Shown here: piece by piece, positions 59,795-64,000 of the stretch
How the letters are laid out: every line of letters starts with the position of its first letter
How positions within the stretch are numbered: the stretch's first letter is position 1
From: an uncultured Bacteroidales bacterium
GTDB taxonomy: Bacteria > Bacteroidota > Bacteroidia > Bacteroidales > Muribaculaceae
Assembly: GCA_946011725.1 (NCBI GenBank)
Contig: CAMGBT010000004.1
Location: forward strand, 2,422-66,421
Direction of reading: 5' to 3'
Length of the DNA: 64,000 nt
Program-made: the position numbers and the translations under genes
The notes under the pieces: model-generated
Seen by the model: only the letters and a program-made list of their open reading frames with translations
Told to the model about the DNA's origin: nothing
The model's database searches: none

Positions 59795-61132
59795 ATGAAT
59801 AAGATACTTATTATTGACGATGAGCCCACCATCCGTATGCTCCTCTCGCGCATTCTGGAGCTGGAAGGTTATGAGGTGTTGAAAGCAAAAGACCGCGTCA
59901 CGGCACTATATACCCTGAAAAAGCAGGAAGTACAGGTGGTGCTTTGCGATGTGTTTCTGCCAGATGGCAACGGCGTGGACATGGTCCGAGAACTACAGGT
60001 ATTAGCCCCTGCCGCCAAAATCATTCTCCTCACCGCCCATGGCAATATTCCCGATGGTGTGCAAGCCATCAAGAACGGAGCCTTCGACTACATAGTCAAG
60101 GGCGACGACAACCGCAAGATTATTCCCATCGTAAGCCGCGCAATGGATGCCATTGCCTCTGAACAAAAGAAGAAGCCGGCGAGCACCCCGGCAGCCAAAT
60201 CACACACGTTTGACACTATAGTATGGAAATCGCATGCCATCTCCGATGTTATCACTCAAGCCAAGAAGGTGGCTACAACGGATGTTGCCGTACTCATAAA
60301 CGGCGAAACCGGCACCGGTAAGGAAGTATTTGCCCAATCCATACATAACGCAAGCAATCGAAGCAGTCAGCCTTTTCTTGCGCTCAACTGCTCGGCATTC
60401 AGTCGAGAGCTGCTCGAAAGCGAGCTCTTCGGCTACAAAGCCGGCGCCTTCACCGGGGCGGTGAAGGACAAAAAGGGACTTTTGGAAGAAGCTAATCACG
60501 GCACCGTGTTCATTGACGAGATTGGCGAGATGGCTTTGGAGTTGCAGTCGAAACTACTTCGTGTGCTCGAAACCGGCGAATTTGTAAAAGTTGGTGACAC
60601 AAAAACCACCCGAGTGGATGTGCGCATCATTTCTGCCACCAATCGAAATCTGAAGGACGAAATCGCAAATGGGCGATTCCGCGAAGACCTCTACTTCCGT
60701 CTGTCCGTGTTTAGAATTGAAATCCCGCCCTTGCGCCAACGCAAGGAAGATATACTCCCGCTGGCCGACTACTTCATTGAGCGATTTGCCAAGCAAATAG
60801 GGCGTCCGGCTCCGGCTTTGTCTTCCGAAGCCAAGAATCTGTTCATGGCTTATCCATGGCCGGGTAATGTGCGTGAGATGATGAATGCCACAGAGCACGC
60901 TCTCATCGTGTGCGATAGCGAAATCACCCGCCATGACCTGCCCATCGACATGCTTTCGGGCGACACCTCCACAGTGGCCGACGACTCCTTCGACCTCAAA
61001 AGCGTGGAGCGCAACCACATCATCAAGGTACTCAACCATACCCGCGGCAACAAGACCGAAACCGCCCGACTACTCAAAATCGGTCTCACCACCCTCTATC
61101 GCAAAATTGAAGAATACGGCATAACTGTATAA
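59795..61132 (+). CDS. NtrC-family sigma-54-dependent response regulator
   Basis: Receiver domain (IIDD, CDVFLPDG, K), GETGTGKE, ESELFG..AGAFTGA, FIDEIGE, FREDLYFRL, WPGNVRE, Fis-type HTH. Confidence 0.96.
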   Translation: MNKILIIDDEPTIRMLLSRILELEGYEVLKAKDRVTALYTLKKQEVQVVLCDVFLPDGNGVDMVRELQVLAPAAKIILLTAHGNIPDGVQAIKNGAFDYIVKGDDNRKIIPIVSRAMDAIASEQKKKPASTPAAKSHTFDTIVWKSHAISDVITQAKKVATTDVAVLINGETGTGKEVFAQSIHNASNRSSQPFLALNCSAFSRELLESELFGYKAGAFTGAVKDKKGLLEEANHGTVFIDEIGEMALELQSKLLRVLETGEFVKVGDTKTTRVDVRIISATNRNLKDEIANGRFREDLYFRLSVFRIEIPPLRQRKEDILPLADYFIERFAKQIGRPAPALSSEAKNLFMAYPWPGNVREMMNATEHALIVCDSEITRHDLPIDMLSGDTSTVADDSFDLKSVERNHIIKVLNHTRGNKTETARLLKIGLTTLYRKIEEYGITV

Positions 61133-61154
61133 ATGCTCCATACTGTATCTTCCG

Positions 61155-61192
61155 CCCTTCCAAAGTGAATGTGATTTTTCATTTTGGAAGGG
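61155..61192. promoter_or_regulatory. Inverted repeat: terminator and/or enhancer-binding site upstream of kdpF
   Basis: cccttccaaagtgaa / ttcattttggaaggg (15-bp arms, 1 mismatch) followed by a T-run. Related motif ccttgccaaaatggaagg upstream of kdpD at about 57026-57043. Confidence 0.55.
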
Positions 61193-61269
61193 TTTTTATT
61201 TGCCCATATTCTAACAGTTCGCTGTGCATTGTATTGATATACAGTGAGATACAATTTATTAAACATGCT

Positions 61270-61284
61270 TGACACGCATATTGC
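61270..61284 (+). promoter_or_regulatory. Sigma-54-type -24/-12 promoter with non-consensus GA at -24
   Basis: TGACACG-CATA-TTGC versus consensus TGGCACG-N4-TTGC, 50 nt upstream of the first kdp-operon ORF. Confidence 0.55.
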
Positions 61285-61334
61285 GAATAATATGGCGACA
61301 ACACTTATGTTTAACTCTTAAAAATCAAAGGAAA

Positions 61335-61433
61335 ATGGATTTGTTTACAATCGGTTTTGCTATCTGCCTGCTTAGCGGCATCGCCTGCTTCTGGCTTTTC
61401 TTCAAATGCATCGACTGGTTCGAAAAAATCTGA
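61335..61433 (+). CDS. Small hydrophobic peptide (32 aa) upstream of kdpF
   Basis: MDLFTIGFAICLLSGIACFWLFFKCIDWFEKI*. Single TM, with an aaaatcaaaggaaa leader. Confidence 0.65.
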   Translation: MDLFTIGFAICLLSGIACFWLFFKCIDWFEKI

Positions 61434-61449
61434 CAAGGAGAATGTGATT

Positions 61450-61530
61450 ATGTACACAGCATTATTTATCATCAGCTTGATGGCATTCGCGTACCTGATG
61501 TACGTACTCATCAAGCCCGAAAAATTCTAA
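61450..61530 (+). CDS. kdpF: K+-transporting ATPase subunit F
   Basis: MYTALFIISLMAFAYLMYVLIKPEKF*, with the KdpF YL.Y.L..PE.F signature, 7 nt before kdpA. Confidence 0.92.
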   Translation: MYTALFIISLMAFAYLMYVLIKPEKF

Positions 61531-61537
61531 CTGACGT

Positions 61538-63244
61538 ATGAATACGGAAATCTTGGGAGTAATCCTACAAATCGTCCTCATGGTAGGACTCGCATGGCCG
61601 CTCGGCAAGTACATCGCCCGAGTGTACAAAGGCGAAAAGACGTGCCTCGACTTCCTCAAGCCGGTGGAACGTTGGATCTACAAATTGAGCGGAATCAATC
61701 CCGATGAGGAGATGAACTGGAAGCAGTTCCTCCGCGCACTACTGGTGGTGAACCTCTTCTGGTTCGTTTGGGGTATGGTGCTGTTGGTGGCGCAAGGCGT
61801 GCTGCCGCTCAACCCCGATGGCAACATCGGACAGACTTGCCACCAAGCATTCAACACCTGTATCTCGTTTATGGTAAACTGCAACCTACAACACTACAGC
61901 GGCGAGAGCGGCCTGACCTACTTCACGCAGCTCTTTGTCATCATGCTCTTCCAGTTTATCACAGCCGCTACGGGTATGGCCGCAATGGCCGGCATCATGA
62001 AGGCCTTGGCTGCCAAAACCACGCAGACCATCGGCAACTTCTGGCGCTTCTTGACGCTTAGCACTACGCGAATCCTGCTGCCGCTCTCGCTCATTGTGGG
62101 CATGATTCTCATTTTGGAAGGCACTCCCATGGGCTTTGACGGCAAGATGGAGCTTACTACTGTCGAGGGTCAGACCCAGATGGTGTCTCAAGGTCCCACG
62201 GCTGCCATCGTGCCTATCAAGCAACTCGGCTCCAATGGTGGCGGTTACTTCGGCGTCAACTCTTCGCACCCGCTGGAGAATCCCACCTACCTCACCAATG
62301 CGGTAGAGTGCTGGAGCATCATGATCATCCCCATGGCGCTGGCTTTTGCCTTCGGATTCTATCTTAAGCGCAAAAAACTGGGCTACAGCATTTTCGGCGT
62401 GATGCTCTTTGCATATCTTGTCGGGGTTGGCATCAACATGTATCAGGAAATGGCCGGCAACCCGCGAATCGACGACATGGGTATCGCTCAGGACTGTGGC
62501 TCGATGGAAGGCAAGGAGGTGCGCCTGGGCTCGGCCGCCGGAGCGCTGTGGAGCGTTTCCACCACCGTCACCTCCAATGGTTCTGTCAACGCCATGCACG
62601 ACTCCACCATGCCTCTGTCGGGTATGATCGAGATGCTCAACATGCAGATCAACACATGGTTCGGCGGCGTTGGCGTAGGTTGGATGAACTATTTCACCTT
62701 CCTCATCATAGCTGTGTTCATCAGCGGTTTGATGGTGGGGCGCACACCTGAGTTCCTCGGGCACAAGGTGGAGGCTCGCGAGATGAAAATAGCCTCAATC
62801 GTGGCCTTGCTTCATCCGTTCATCATCCTCGTTGGCACGGCATTGGCAGCTTACCTCTTCGCCCACGCCCCGGAGTTTGTCGCTAACGAGGGCGGATGGC
62901 TCAACAACCCCGGCTACCATGGCCTGAGCGAAATGCTCTACGAATACACATCCTCAGCCGCCAACAATGGCTCCGGCTTTGAGGGATTAGGCGACAACAC
63001 TTGATTCTGGAACTATTCCTGCGGCATCGTGCTTATCCTCGGTCGCTTCGTGCCCATCGTAGGCCAAGTAGCCATTGCCGGTATTCTTGCCAAGAAGAAG
63101 TATATTCCCGAAAGTGCAGGAATGCTCAAGACCGATATCGTTACATTCGCTGTTATGACCTTTGCCGTCATCTTCATCGTGGCCGCCCTGTCGTTCTTTC
63201 CGGTACACGCACTCAGTACAATCGCTGAACACTTATCACTGTAA
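61538..63244 (+). pseudogene. kdpA: kdpA interrupted by an in-frame TGA at 63002-63004
   Basis: KdpA motifs (NCNLQHYSGE, KQLGSNGGG, SNGSVN, SAAANNGSGFEG). After GDNT* the same frame continues FWNYSCGIVLILGRF...IAEHLSL*. Confidence 0.92.
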
Positions 63245-63247
63245 GTT

Positions 63248-64000
63248 ATGAATAATCTATTTGAAAAAGAACAAGTAATAGCGAGCATCAAGCAATCGTT
63301 TGTTAAGCTCGACCCACGGCAGATGATTAAGAACCCCATCATGTTCACGGTGGAGATCTGCACCGCCGTCATGCTGCCCGTCACCATCTATTCGGCATTC
63401 AGCAGCGAGCAAGGCTCGTTCGCTTACAATGCTTGGGTGTTGTTCATCCTGTTCATCACCCTGCTGTTTGCCAACTTTGCCGAGGCCATAGCCGAAGCAC
63501 GCGGCAAAGCGCAGGCCGACAGTTTGCGCAAAACCCGAGAGGAAACTCCCGCCAAGCTCTACGCCAACGGCAAAATCACCATCATCAGCAGCTCGCAGCT
63601 GAAGAAAGGCGATGAGTTCGTGTGCGAAGCGGGCGACGTGATTCCGGCCGACGGCGAAATCGTCGAGGGCCTCGCATCCATCGACGAAAGCGCCATCACC
63701 GGCGAATCGGCACCGGTCATCCGCGAAGCCGGTGGCGATAAAAGCAGCGTCACCGGCGGCACAAAGGTGCTGAGCGACCGCATACGCGTGGTGGTGACCA
63801 CTCAACCCGGCGAGAGCTTCCTCGATAAAATGATTGCCCTGGTGGAGGGCGCATCGCGCCAGAAGACGCCTAACGAGATTGCGCTCACCATCCTGCTGGC
63901 CGTGTTCACCCTGGTGTTCCTCATCGTGTGCATCACGCTGAAGCCATTCGCCGACTACACCGGCACGGTAATCACCATAGCCTCTTTCCTCTCGCTCTTT
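63248..64000 (+). CDS. kdpB: K+-transporting ATPase subunit B, 5' part (runs off window end)
   Basis: KLDPRQMIKNPIMF, FANFAEAIAEARGKAQADSLRK, DESAITGESAPV, GDKSSVTGGT, TPNEIAL. Confidence 0.96.
   Translation, partial: MNNLFEKEQVIASIKQSFVKLDPRQMIKNPIMFTVEICTAVMLPVTIYSAFSSEQGSFAYNAWVLFILFITLLFANFAEAIAEARGKAQADSLRKTREETPAKLYANGKITIISSSQLKKGDEFVCEAGDVIPADGEIVEGLASIDESAITGESAPVIREAGGDKSSVTGGTKVLSDRIRVVVTTQPGESFLDKMIALVEGASRQKTPNEIALTILLAVFTLVFLIVCITLKPFADYTGTVITIASFLSLF

Noticed and set aside
63002-63004. TGA recoding (Trp or selenocysteine) or an alternative genetic code explaining the in-frame stops
   Set aside because: TGA and TAG end ordinary genes here (ddl ends TGA, Sua5 ends TAG), the residue is not a Cys/Sec position, and the lesions include frameshifts. 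Decay or sequencing error is simpler.
1-64000. CRISPR array or cas genes
   Set aside because: No regularly spaced 25-45-nt repeats with unique spacers and no cas-like ORF seen.

Overview
Bacteroidales chromosomal window (TAnnTTTG promoters and gene content suggest a Muribaculaceae-like gut organism; this is inference). Housekeeping blocks are htpG start, clpC, hydrolase-murF-ddl, yitT-cdsA-GH9, pgm-RluA-fmt, PstS-like/TPR, rarA, serC-serA, MATE-OstA-surA-porin and a Kdp locus. Three accessory segments interrupt them. (1) About 50-3390, between clpC and htpG: a hairpin-dense spacer, a very acidic 53-aa ORF and an outer-membrane barrel gene. (2) About 27100-31620: an AT-rich island with a truncated DUF1016, a TerB-like ORF and unknown genes. 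(3) About 42250-56900, next to a tyrosine integrase: an ADP-ribosylglycohydrolase-macrodomain fusion, an orphan HpaII-like protein with apparently degenerate catalytic motifs, a methyltransferase / ATP-dependent RNA ligase / HD-Pnk operon bracketed by 250-bp direct repeats, tandem RsiV-like lipoproteins (one decayed) and a TIGR02452 PARG-like gene. The best candidate for an under-described system is the three-gene heal-seal-methylate nucleic-acid repair operon within an ADP-ribose-reversal island. The Kdp locus has a frameshifted kinase, an in-frame TGA in kdpA and a possibly mutated sigma-54 promoter. No rRNA, tRNA, CRISPR array or reverse transcriptase was seen. All family calls are from motif recognition by eye; no database searches were run.
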